Below, in pieces: positions 49,315-58,448 of a stretch of 64,000 nt of DNA. Source of the DNA: Candidatus Magasanikbacteria bacterium CG_4_10_14_0_2_um_filter_33_14 (GTDB lineage: Bacteria; Patescibacteriota; Patescibacteriia; Magasanikbacterales; UBA922); contig PFPL01000045.1 of the NCBI GenBank assembly GCA_002793035.1, positions 9,669-73,668 of the forward strand. Direction: 5' to 3'. Within the stretch, counting starts at the first letter, position 1. The number at the start of each line of letters is the position of its first letter. The notes below the pieces were generated by a model, which saw only the letters and a program-made list of their open reading frames with translations, did not search any database and had not been told where the DNA came from. The position numbers were made by a program, and so were the translations under genes.

Positions 49315-49686
49315 ATGCGTAAATTTTTGGTAACAATTTTATTTGTAGGAATTAGTCTATTTTCTGTTTCCAATGTTTATGCAAAAAAAACTTTGAATGA
49401 TGCTGATAGTGCACTAGATACTGTATCTCAAAAAACAGGAATTGATCAAAAAGATTTTTCAGCTGTTACAGGAAATGTAGTGAACATGATTTTTATTTTT
49501 GTAGGGTTGATATTTTTTGCTTTGATGGTCTATGCTGGTCTCCGTTGGATGACAGCTCGTGATCAAGCCGACAAAGTAGAAAAGGCTAGAAATACGATGA
49601 TAGCCGCTGTGATAGGTCTTATAATCGTCGTAGCCGCTTATGCTATTACCAATTTCTTACAAACCAAAATTATAAATGGTGGTTAA
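49315..49686 (+). CDS. VirB2/TrbC-like small two-TM protein (paralog)
   Basis: VYAGLRWMTARDQADKVEKARNTM. Confidence 0.55.
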   Translation: MRKFLVTILFVGISLFSVSNVYAKKTLNDADSALDTVSQKTGIDQKDFSAVTGNVVNMIFIFVGLIFFALMVYAGLRWMTARDQADKVEKARNTMIAAVIGLIIVVAAYAITNFLQTKIINGG

Positions 49687-49695
49687 AATTTTCAT

Positions 49696-50067
49696 ATGAA
49701 AAAAATAAAAAATATTTTTGCAAATTTGTTTATAGCTTTTATATTGGCTTCATCTTTTACTTTGCCGGTATTTGCTCAAGGTATCAAAAATGCTGGTGAT
49801 AATCTAGATCCTATCGCTCAAAAAGCGGGGATTACTGAAGGTGATGTCGGAAATATTACGGGTACTGTTATCTCTGCTATTTTGAGTCTGGTTGGTATTA
49901 TTTTTCTAATTCTCATGGTTTACGCTGGTATTATTTGGATGACAGCCAGAGGTGATGATAGTAAGACTGAAAATGCTAAGAAAACGATTACAGCCTCAAT
50001 AATAGGTCTTTTTATAGTAGTAAGTGCTTATGCTATTACTCAATTTGTAACTAGTAGATTTAACTAA
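49696..50067 (+). CDS. VirB2/TrbC-like small two-TM protein (paralog)
   Basis: VYAGIIWMTARGDDSKTENAKKTI. Confidence 0.55.
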   Translation: MKKIKNIFANLFIAFILASSFTLPVFAQGIKNAGDNLDPIAQKAGITEGDVGNITGTVISAILSLVGIIFLILMVYAGIIWMTARGDDSKTENAKKTITASIIGLFIVVSAYAITQFVTSRFN

Positions 50068-50072
50068 ATTTT

Positions 50073-50480
50073 ATGAAATATATATTTTTTTCTTTTCTAC
50101 TTATTTTTTCTTTTGTTACTTTTGCGCCACAAGCTTTGGCTTTGGATTTGGGAGGTGACACTCTAAAAAATGCTGCTGACAAAGGTGGTTATGACAAAAA
50201 TACCAATGAAACAACTTTGGCTAGCAATATTGGTATGGTAGTGAATATTATCTTGTCTATTATTGGTGTTTTGTTCACTGTTTTGATGGTTTATGCTGGA
50301 TATACTTGGATGGTAGCTAGAGGTGATGAGACAAAGATAGATAAGGCTAAGAAAATTATTACAGCTTCTATTATTGGACTTATTATTACACTTGGAGCTT
50401 ATAGTATTACCAACTTCATTATTCCAAGAATACTTGATCAGACTCTTGCTCAAGTAAATAGTTGGTTATTATTTGTCTAA
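50073..50480 (+). CDS. VirB2/TrbC-like small two-TM protein (paralog)
   Basis: VYAGYTWMVARGDETKIDKAKKII. Confidence 0.55.
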   Translation: MKYIFFSFLLIFSFVTFAPQALALDLGGDTLKNAADKGGYDKNTNETTLASNIGMVVNIILSIIGVLFTVLMVYAGYTWMVARGDETKIDKAKKIITASIIGLIITLGAYSITNFIIPRILDQTLAQVNSWLLFV

Positions 50481-50482
50481 TT

Positions 50483-50899
50483 ATGAATAAATTCTCAAAA
50501 ATTATTTTAACTTTAATTTTTTCAGTGATAATTTTGTCTCCTTCGCTTTCTTTGGCACAGACAAATACCTCTACCAAAAGTACCAAAGACTCAGCTTTGG
50601 AACAACTTCACGCTGGCGCAAATGGAGCAGGCCTTCAAGAACAATCTAGTGATCCTAGAATTATTGCCTCTCGTATTATAAAAACATTCCTTAGTTTATT
50701 GGGTACGATGTCAATTTTCTTGTTTGTATATGCTGGATATCTACTTATAACATCACATGGTGAATCAGAAAAAGTGACAAAAGCCCGAAAGATTATGACT
50801 GGGGCAGTGATTGGTATGCTTTTGATATTACTTTCATTTAGTATTACGAATTTTGTAGGTAACAAATTGCAAGAGAGTATAAATCAGACTTCTAATTAA
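50483..50899 (+). CDS. VirB2/TrbC-like small two-TM protein (divergent paralog)
   Basis: VYAGYLLITSHGESEKVTKARKIM. Confidence 0.5.
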   Translation: MNKFSKIILTLIFSVIILSPSLSLAQTNTSTKSTKDSALEQLHAGANGAGLQEQSSDPRIIASRIIKTFLSLLGTMSIFLFVYAGYLLITSHGESEKVTKARKIMTGAVIGMLLILLSFSITNFVGNKLQESINQTSN

Positions 50900-50904
50900 T
50901 ATTT

Positions 50905-51372
50905 ATGATTAGAAAAAAAATAATTTTATTTTTGTTGGTAATCCTTGGTGTTTTCTGCTTTACAAATTTTTCTTTAGCGGTAAACTCTACTACTGAGAGT
51001 CTTATTGATTCTATAAATTCTCAGAACCAGGCTTTTGAAAATAGTTCAGAAGTGGGTGCCCCACAAGACATTAGAATAATTATAGCTAAAATTATAAAAA
51101 TATTTTTGGGTTTTGTTGGGTTTTTAGCCACTGCCTATTTGGTATATGGTGGTTATTTGTATATGACTTCTGCTGGTAATGAAACTAGAGCAGAGGATGC
51201 TAGTAAAATTATGCTGTATAGTGCTCTAGGTATCTTTATTATTTTGGCTTCTTATAGTATAACCAATTTTGTATATAAATCATTTCAAGCAAGTTTAGAA
51301 CAGACACAGACGACAGGTAGCCAAAATTCTGGTGGAACAAATTTTTCCAATGAAAATTCTTTTAGACCGTAA
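50905..51372 (+). CDS. VirB2/TrbC-like small two-TM protein (divergent paralog)
   Basis: VYGGYLYMTSAGNETRAEDASKIM. Confidence 0.5.
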   Translation: MIRKKIILFLLVILGVFCFTNFSLAVNSTTESLIDSINSQNQAFENSSEVGAPQDIRIIIAKIIKIFLGFVGFLATAYLVYGGYLYMTSAGNETRAEDASKIMLYSALGIFIILASYSITNFVYKSFQASLEQTQTTGSQNSGGTNFSNENSFRP

Positions 51373-51416
51373 CTTGAAAAGAAATTAATTTTTTAGTCTG
51401 ATGAAAAGTCAGACTT

Positions 51417-52223
51417 TTGTTTATAAGTGAAGATATGACCGAAAAAATACAAGGACCTTTATTTTCTATAGTAATCCCAGCCTACAATGAAGAGAAAACA
51501 ATAAGCTCTTGTCTTGATTGTGCCAAAAAAGTCAAAATAGATTTTGACTATGAAATCATTGTTGTGGACAATAACTCAAAAGATAAAACTTCTCAAATTG
51601 CTAAAGATGCAGGAGTAAAAGTATTTTTAGAAACCAAACAGGGTGTGGGAGCCGCTAGAAAAAAAGGTACACAAGAGGCTACTGGTTTTTTTATATTACA
51701 CATAGACGCTGACACTCATTTACCAGAAAATTATTTGGAAGAGGTTTTGAAGAGATTCGAAAAAGATTCGGATTTGGTTTGTGTGGGTGGTCAAATGTTT
51801 TTTTATGATGCTCCTCTTTGGAAAGATATTATGAGAGTTTTTTTGCATCATGCTCTTTGGTTTTTTGCGGTAATTATCTCTCGTAAATCACAAGGTCCTA
51901 TGGGTAACAATATGACTTTTCGTAAAGATGTTTATGATCTGACTAGTGGTTTTGATGAAACTTTGCATTTTGGTGAGGATATGGATATCAGCAAAAAAAT
52001 GTCAGACTTTGGGAAAGTAAAACTCGACATGTCTCTTAAGTGCCCAGTGTCTTCTCGTCGTTATAAGATAAATAAAAGTTTGTTTGATTATTCTATGAAT
52101 TTTTTCAAGATGAGTACCAAAGGGGAATTACACAAAAATGAACTTCCTCCTGCCAATGAAGTGGTCAAAAAACATTTTCCAAAATTGAAAGATATTATAC
52201 ACAAAAATAAAAAAAGGGACTAA
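51417..52223 (+). CDS. family 2 glycosyltransferase
   Basis: FSIVIPAYNEEKTISSCLD...IIVVDNNSKD, DAD motif (HIDADT). Confidence 0.75.
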   Translation: MFISEDMTEKIQGPLFSIVIPAYNEEKTISSCLDCAKKVKIDFDYEIIVVDNNSKDKTSQIAKDAGVKVFLETKQGVGAARKKGTQEATGFFILHIDADTHLPENYLEEVLKRFEKDSDLVCVGGQMFFYDAPLWKDIMRVFLHHALWFFAVIISRKSQGPMGNNMTFRKDVYDLTSGFDETLHFGEDMDISKKMSDFGKVKLDMSLKCPVSSRRYKINKSLFDYSMNFFKMSTKGELHKNELPPANEVVKKHFPKLKDIIHKNKKRD

Positions 52224-52231
52224 GTCCCTTT

Positions 52232-52777
52232 TTATTTTTCCCAAGTAACTTCTGCTATACTTTCTTTTTTATTTAGATATCGTGCCAAAGTAAATAAGTA
52301 ATCACTTAGCCTATTTAAATATTTTGGAATATTTGTTTCTAGTTCGTAGTGTTGATCTAGCTTGATAATCACTCGTTCAGCACGACGACATACCGCTCTG
52401 GCCTGAAAAGCAAGAGAAGCTGTAACAGAACCACCTGGTAATATAAACTGTGTGAGTTCTGGTAGTTCTATCGACATTTCATCAATATTATTTTCTAAAA
52501 ATTCTAAATCATTATCTTTTATTTTTGGTATTTTTACTAAATCTGTTTGTACTGCTGCTAAGTTTGAACCAAGATTAAATAGTTTGTTTTGTATTTTTTG
52601 TAAAGATTTTTTTTCGATGTCAAATTTTTCATCTAAATAAGAAATAAGTGTACCTAAAAAACTATTGAGTTCGTCGACTTCTCCAATAGCTTCCATTTCT
52701 ACACAATTTTTGAAAACTCGTTTACCACCAAGCAGAGAAGTCTCTCCTTGGTCTCCAGTTTTGGTATAGATTTTCAT
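52232..52777 (-). CDS. PduO-type ATP:cob(I)alamin adenosyltransferase
   Basis: MKIYTKTGDQGETSLLGGKRV...; conserved C-terminal helices. Confidence 0.8.
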   Translation of the reverse strand: MKIYTKTGDQGETSLLGGKRVFKNCVEMEAIGEVDELNSFLGTLISYLDEKFDIEKKSLQKIQNKLFNLGSNLAAVQTDLVKIPKIKDNDLEFLENNIDEMSIELPELTQFILPGGSVTASLAFQARAVCRRAERVIIKLDQHYELETNIPKYLNRLSDYLFTLARYLNKKESIAEVTWEK

Positions 52778-52914
52778 ATAATATAGTCTAATGTCGAAAG
52801 TCTATAAAGTCCTTAAAGTCGACAGTGAATTAATTTTTTAGTTTAAACTTTTTATAAATCCATAAAGTAATTTTCATATAAGAAAGACTTTATAAACTTT
52901 ATGAACTTTAGACT

Positions 52915-53331
52915 TTACAAACTCTTGTTTATATATTTTTTTTCATTGAAAAGTAACACTATGAGTATCAGAAATGATGCAATACAAGATTCTATCAACC
53001 AGCCGACACCAATTGCCATACCAATAGCCGCTGTAGCCCAGAGACCTGCTGCTGTAGTCAAACCAACGATTATATCGCCATTTAGTTTGTGTTTGTGTAT
53101 AATGACACCAACACCCAAGAAACCTATTCCTGTGACTATTTGAGCAGCTACACGGCCTGTTTCTACACCAAAGGCATTGATAGAAAGAATTGTAAACAAA
53201 GCAGAACCGACTGAAACTAGTGCATAAGTTCGTGGGCCAGCCATTTTGCCGATAGCTACTCTTTGCCAGCCGAGCATACCACCTAAGATGATTGCTAGTA
53301 ATAGTTGTCCGGTAAAGTACAAATAATGCAT
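52915..53331 (-). CDS. MgtC/SapB family membrane protein
   Basis: LGWQRVAIGKMAGPRTYALVSVGSALFT...GLWATAAIGMAIGVG. Confidence 0.75.
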   Translation of the reverse strand: MHYLYFTGQLLLAIILGGMLGWQRVAIGKMAGPRTYALVSVGSALFTILSINAFGVETGRVAAQIVTGIGFLGVGVIIHKHKLNGDIIVGLTTAAGLWATAAIGMAIGVGWLIESCIASFLILIVLLFNEKKYINKSL

Positions 53332-53467
53332 AGATATTGATTTATTTTGTAATTAAGTATAGTATACCAAATAGTTTATAAAGTAGAAAGTTTATAAAGT
53401 TAATTCAAGCGGAAATGGGAACGGGGAATGAGGAATGAATTTTTTAAATCAGTGAAATCAATGTTTT

Positions 53468-54487
53468 ATGAGCCAAGTTTTTCATATAGCAAAAAATAAA
53501 GAAATTTTGGAAAAACGTTTCGAAATAATTAAGTTAATTCGTGAGTTTTTTTGGTCACGTGATTTTGTGGAAGTCGAAGTTCCACTCATAATCAAACATC
53601 CTGGACAAGAACCAAACATTTCAGCGATTGAAACAATTTTTCATAATGAAATGAAACAAGAATTTAGAGGATATCTACATACTTCACCAGAATATACGAT
53701 GAAAAAAATGTTGGCAGCAGGTTTCACAAATATTTTTTATTTGGGCAAGACTTTTCGTGATGAAGAAAGTTTTGGTGGTACTCACAATCCTGAATTTACC
53801 ATGTTAGAGTGGTACCAAGTAAACTCTAATATGTTTGATATTATGCGAGATGTTGAAGGTTTGTTCAAATTTATAATGGAACGAGGAATGGGGAATCCCG
53901 AAAAGCTTCGCATCGGGACAAGTGAGGAACGAAGTTTTAATTTTGAGCGTATAGAAATGAAGAAATTGTGGAAAGAAATAGTGAATGTTGATTTAGATAA
54001 TTATCTTACTCTAGAAAAAATGTTGGAATTGTGCAAACAAAAAAAATATAATATTGAAGATACTGAAAGTTACGAAGAGTTGTTTTATCGTATTTTTTTG
54101 CAAGAAATTGAACCTGAACTAAAAAATATGGGAGCGGTAATCGTTTACAATTATCCGAGCTCTATGGCTTCACTTTCTAGACTTTCTGAAACTGATCCAA
54201 ATTATGCTGAGCGTTTCGAAGTCTATATCGATGGTTTAGAGCTTGCCAATGCTTTTTCGGAATTGACAGACAAAGACGAACAGTTGAAACGTTTGCAAGA
54301 AGAACAACAAGAACGTGAAAGACAAGGAAAAAAGGTCTATGAAATAGATATGGAATTTATAGAAGCTGTAGGTCAAATGCCAAAATCAGCGGGGATTGCT
54401 CTTGGTGTAGACAGACTTATACAAGTTCTTACATCTTGTCAAAATATAGATAATGTGTTAACATTGCCCTTAAGTAAGCTATTTTAA
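53468..54487 (+). CDS. epmA: EF-P (R)-beta-lysine ligase EpmA (PoxA; truncated LysRS-like class II core)
   Basis: 339 aa; class II motifs (FRDEES, HNPEFTMLEWY, GIALGVDRL); located immediately upstream of efp. Confidence 0.7.
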   Translation: MSQVFHIAKNKEILEKRFEIIKLIREFFWSRDFVEVEVPLIIKHPGQEPNISAIETIFHNEMKQEFRGYLHTSPEYTMKKMLAAGFTNIFYLGKTFRDEESFGGTHNPEFTMLEWYQVNSNMFDIMRDVEGLFKFIMERGMGNPEKLRIGTSEERSFNFERIEMKKLWKEIVNVDLDNYLTLEKMLELCKQKKYNIEDTESYEELFYRIFLQEIEPELKNMGAVIVYNYPSSMASLSRLSETDPNYAERFEVYIDGLELANAFSELTDKDEQLKRLQEEQQERERQGKKVYEIDMEFIEAVGQMPKSAGIALGVDRLIQVLTSCQNIDNVLTLPLSKLF

Positions 54488-54506
54488 TGCTTTAATGTAA
54501 AATCAT

Positions 54507-55070
54507 ATGGGAGATACAACTGATATCAAAAAGGGTGCTGTGATTCGTCACAATAATCAATTATACGTCATCAACACTTTCCAATTTGTGAATCCTGGCA
54601 AAGGCCAAGCTTTTTTCAAATGTAAATTGAAAAGTATTGGTGGTGACAAAGGTATGGAACTTACTTACAAAAGTGGAGAAACTATAGACTCAGTGGAAGT
54701 TCAAAGTCAAAATGTTCAATTTTTATATAAGACTGGTAGTGTCTATTCTTTTATGAATCAAGATACTTATGAAACTATTGAAGTTTCAGAAGATGTTATT
54801 GCTGAAGATGGTAAATATTTGAAGGAAGGTTTAGATGTCGTAGCTTCTATGCACGATGGACAAATCGTAGCTATCAACCTACCAAAAAAAATAAATTACA
54901 AAGTAGTGACTGCTCCACCAGCTGTAAAAGGTGACAGTAGTAGTGGTAATGTTACTAAAGAAATTATTCTTGACAATGGCTTAATAGTTTATGCGCCTAT
55001 CTTTATCAAAGAAGGAGAAGAAATATTGGTCAATACTGAGACGGGTGAATATGGTGGAAGAGTAGTCTAA
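54507..55070 (+). CDS. efp: translation elongation factor P
   Basis: 187 aa; KGAVIRHNNQLYVI...NPGKGQAFFKCKLK loop. Confidence 0.9.
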   Translation: MGDTTDIKKGAVIRHNNQLYVINTFQFVNPGKGQAFFKCKLKSIGGDKGMELTYKSGETIDSVEVQSQNVQFLYKTGSVYSFMNQDTYETIEVSEDVIAEDGKYLKEGLDVVASMHDGQIVAINLPKKINYKVVTAPPAVKGDSSSGNVTKEIILDNGLIVYAPIFIKEGEEILVNTETGEYGGRVV

Positions 55071-55093
55071 AAATTATTCAAAAATTACAAAAA

Positions 55094-55130
55094 AAAGTAG
55101 GGACAGGTCTAGACCTGTCCCTACTTTTTT
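55094..55130. terminator. perfect 15-bp-stem hairpin terminator
   Basis: AAAGTAGGGACAGGTCTAGACCTGTCCCTACTTTTTT. Confidence 0.6.
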
Positions 55131-55152
55131 AGAAAATAATTTATAAAAACAA

Positions 55153-55185
55153 AAAATCCTATGTAGTTTACATAGGATTTTTTTT
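55153..55185. terminator. second hairpin terminator
   Basis: AAAATCCTATGTA-gttt-ACATAGGATTTTTTTT. Confidence 0.55.
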
Positions 55186-55189
55186 AATT

Positions 55190-55468
55190 TTATTTTAAAA
55201 TCAAATAAATTATAAATATTTGCAGCATCAGTATTACCGCCATCATCGCTTGAAAACTTAGTTTTTTAGTTTTGTGTCTAAACATTTTCATGCCGAGTAA
55301 TGCTCCAAGTGACCCTCCAATTAGAGACATAATCCATAGAGTTTTTTCACTTACACGTCTATTGTTGTTTATCGCTTTTCCTTTGTCTATTCCAAAGGTA
55401 ATAAATGTTATCAAATTAATTAGTATAAAATAGATAATTATAAATTGTAAACTCAATGTTTTTAACAT
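55190..55468 (-). CDS. DUF1294 family membrane protein
   Basis: FGIDKGKAINNNRRVSEKTLWIMSLIGGSLGALLGMKMFRHKT. Confidence 0.6.
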   Translation of the reverse strand: MLKTLSLQFIIIYFILINLITFITFGIDKGKAINNNRRVSEKTLWIMSLIGGSLGALLGMKMFRHKTKKLSFQAMMAVILMLQIFIIYLILK

Positions 55469-55574
55469 AGTATAAGTTCATAAAGTTAAAAGCCTGCCTG
55501 CAGGTTCATAAAGTAATTGTAAATTTAAAATACTTTTAACTTTAAAAACTTTATGAACTTTGTAAACTTAGTTT

Positions 55575-56132
55575 TTAATTCATATCAAGTTTAATATCTT
55601 GCATGTGATATTTTCGGTCTTCATCGGCTAGTTTGATAAGTTGTTCACGTACATGATTTGGTCTGTGAACATTTTTAAAAATTATATTAGTATTAGAAGA
55701 GGCTGTTTTGATGAATACATCGCCGTATTGGAAAATAGTAGCAAAAAAACCTTGTACTGTGGCTGTAGCATCTTGAATTCTATACAAATCTAATTCGGTA
55801 ATTTCTCTATGAAAAAGTCCATGTTGTTCAATATCCACTATTCTATCATTGGTTACAATCCACATGTCGAGATAAAAATCTAGGAATCTAACATAAAAAA
55901 ACAGATAAGTAGATAGATAGTAGACACTACCAAATAAAATAAAAGTTGTTTTTATTTCTGTATTCAAAAAAAGTTGAGGGTAAAGACTGTTTATCATGAA
56001 GTACAGTGCTACTGGTGTAAGTAGTAAAACAATGAATAGAAGAACAACAGGAATGAAAGTAAAAGGATGGCGGTGCAATACAAAAATTATTTTTTCATAA
56101 CTTTTTTGTTTGATGACTTTTGAAACGCTCAT
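55575..56132 (-). CDS. membrane protein with bacterial PH (bPH_2/YdbT-like) domain
   Basis: Two N-terminal TM helices then a PH-like beta domain. Confidence 0.5.
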   Translation of the reverse strand: MSVSKVIKQKSYEKIIFVLHRHPFTFIPVVLLFIVLLLTPVALYFMINSLYPQLFLNTEIKTTFILFGSVYYLSTYLFFYVRFLDFYLDMWIVTNDRIVDIEQHGLFHREITELDLYRIQDATATVQGFFATIFQYGDVFIKTASSNTNIIFKNVHRPNHVREQLIKLADEDRKYHMQDIKLDMN

Positions 56133-56187
56133 ATATTTTTATTACGTAAAAAATGTAAAATTTTTGTTGAGTATAATTAATAATATT

Positions 56188-56478
56188 TTATTTGAACCAA
56201 TTAATATCAAGTAAAACAATACTTTGTGACCAATCCACTTGAGCTACAACTTGCCAAGTATAATAGAGTGTAAGCATGGTCAAAGCGAGCATAATAAAGG
56301 TAACACTAAAACTAGTAAAATTGATAGAACTCATGGTGACAATGTGATAAAAATTTATTAGTGAAAAAATAAAAAAAATACAAAGGAATATTAAGTAGGC
56401 GAAGAGTATAATGTAGAAAGGTATACTTATCATAAAATATAAAATTACAATATTTATTATTAATTTACAAATTTTCAA
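56188..56478 (-). CDS. hypothetical hydrophobic small protein (doubtful)
   Basis: TTG start, AT-rich, 96 aa, may be spurious. Confidence 0.2.
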   Translation of the reverse strand: MKICKLIINIVILYFMISIPFYIILFAYLIFLCIFFIFSLINFYHIVTMSSINFTSFSVTFIMLALTMLTLYYTWQVVAQVDWSQSIVLLDINWFK

Positions 56479-56849
56479 TTTTCATTTTTCAAAATTTTTT
56501 TTGTACTTCTTATTATACTAGCAAAAATGAGATTAAGTTCATGAGCTTCTTTCCATAATGTTCGAGCTTTATCTATGTTTGTTTCATTACCGTGTGCAAT
56601 TATTTCCAACTAAAGTTTTGTCTCCTTTATTTCTTTTTTTGCAATATCAATTTTGTGTACAAAATCTTTCTTTGATTCGGCCTCGTTGGCTTCATAGTAA
56701 TTTGCAGCTTGGCTAGTACCAGACTTAATCAGTTGATTAATCATTGTATTATTAATTTGATTAGTACTAATAGATTTGCAAAAGCTAATTATTTCTTTTG
56801 CAAATTGTGCAGTACGTTTTTCTAAGTCATATTCTTTTTTATCCTCCAT
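56474..56849 (-). pseudogene. four-helix-bundle protein (23S rRNA IVS-protein family) with in-frame TAG at a conserved Trp position
   Basis: The 79-aa ORF ends KKEIKETKL-TAG (56610-56612). The same frame continues as LEIIAHGNETNIDKARTLWKEAHELNL, matching the family's ETxYWLEL... block; the TAG sits where W is expected. Confidence 0.45.
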
Positions 56850-56887
56850 AGAAATATTTGAAAATTGTAAATTGTAAAATTGAAAAT

Positions 56888-57961
56888 TTACATAAGTTCA
56901 CTTTGTCTTGGCATTTTCTTTCCCAAGTGTTCGTAAGCTTTTCCTGTTGCTTTTCGTCCTCTTGGAGTTCTTTCTAGCATTCCAATTTGAAGCAAAAATG
57001 GTTCGTAGATAGTTTCGACAGTATCCATCTCTTCAGCTATAGCAGAGGACAATGTGTTTAGTCCTACAGGACCACCAGCAAAGTTGTCAATAATAAAATG
57101 TAATATTTTTCTATCAATTTCATCAAGTCCATATTCGTCAACATTGAGCATGTCGAGAGCTGCCTTTGCAATTTCTATATTTATTATACCATTATGTTTG
57201 ACTTGTGCGTAGTCCCTGACTCTTTTTAACAATCTATTAGCTATACGAGGAGTTTTGCGTGAGCGGATAGCTATTACTTTGTCAGCATTATTTTCAATAT
57301 TCACCTCAAGAAGTTCGGCGTTACGATTTATGATTTTTTCAATGTCGCTGTCTTCATAAAAGTTTAGATGATAAACATGACCAAAGCGATCACGGAGTGG
57401 GGAAGACAACAGGTTTAATTTGGTAGTAGCTCCAATTAAGGTAAATTTTTCAAGAGGCATTCGAAGTGTACGTGCTGTTGGTCCTTTGCCGATGATGATG
57501 TCGAGGGCATAATCTTCCATGGCACTATAGAGTACTTCTTCAACAGATTTGTTGACGCGATGTATTTCATCGATAAACAAAATATCACCTTCTGACAAGT
57601 TTGAAAGAATTGCGGCAAGATCACTGACACGTTCGAGTGCTGGTCCTGCTGTTACTTTTATATTCACACCCATTTCTTTGGCGATGATATTGGCTAGAGT
57701 AGTTTTGCCAAGACCAGGGTTACCATAGAGCAATACGTGTTCTATTGGCTCTTCTCTTTTTTTTGCGGCTTCAATGGAAATGATGAGAGGTTCTTTGATA
57801 TGGTTTTGTCCGACAAACTCAATCAGATTTTGAGGACGCAAAGAATTTTCAATAGATTGTTCCTCTTTATCATCAAGTTCTGTTGGTGTAACCAAACGTT
57901 CCTCTTCATTTTTTAATGAGGGATTCAATTCATCATCTAGTTCGTAAACTTCGTAGGTCAT
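56888..57961 (-). CDS. ruvB: Holliday junction branch migration helicase RuvB
   Basis: [18 protein letters not shown]...[10 protein letters not shown]. Confidence 0.9.
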   Translation of the reverse strand: MTYEVYELDDELNPSLKNEEERLVTPTELDDKEEQSIENSLRPQNLIEFVGQNHIKEPLIISIEAAKKREEPIEHVLLYGNPGLGKTTLANIIAKEMGVNIKVTAGPALERVSDLAAILSNLSEGDILFIDEIHRVNKSVEEVLYSAMEDYALDIIIGKGPTARTLRMPLEKFTLIGATTKLNLLSSPLRDRFGHVYHLNFYEDSDIEKIINRNAELLEVNIENNADKVIAIRSRKTPRIANRLLKRVRDYAQVKHNGIINIEIAKAALDMLNVDEYGLDEIDRKILHFIIDNFAGGPVGLNTLSSAIAEEMDTVETIYEPFLLQIGMLERTPRGRKATGKAYEHLGKKMPRQSELM

Positions 57962-58448
57962 AGGGTGATTTTTACTTGTTTTTATTTAGGAAAAGGTCTG
58001 TATTTTCTTTCGGTATTGGAATAACACAAATTTTACACAAATCGACACAAATATTTTTAAAGACTTTCGACTTTATAAACTTTATGAACTTTTGACTCAT
58101 GTATATTTTACGCTATTTTGTGAACTTAATCAATCTATACAAGGCGGACTAAATTTTTTTTAAAACATTTTTTGGATAACATCTGTACATTTTGTGGATA
58201 ACTTTTTTATTTTTGTGCGTATCTTTTTTGTGCTTGTTTTTTTATGGCTAAACTAAGCCGAAGATAGGTCGTTTTGAGCAATTCAAAACTATGTGTTATA
58301 ATAGTTATTGTCTACAAAAAACACAAGATGTTGTGTGAAAAGATTTATTAGACCACTATATATAGTATTATTTTAATTTAGAATTTTTTAGAAAAGAAAA
58401 ATTAGTTTGTGTGATTTTTGTTTTTTAAATTCTAATTTTTTATAAATT

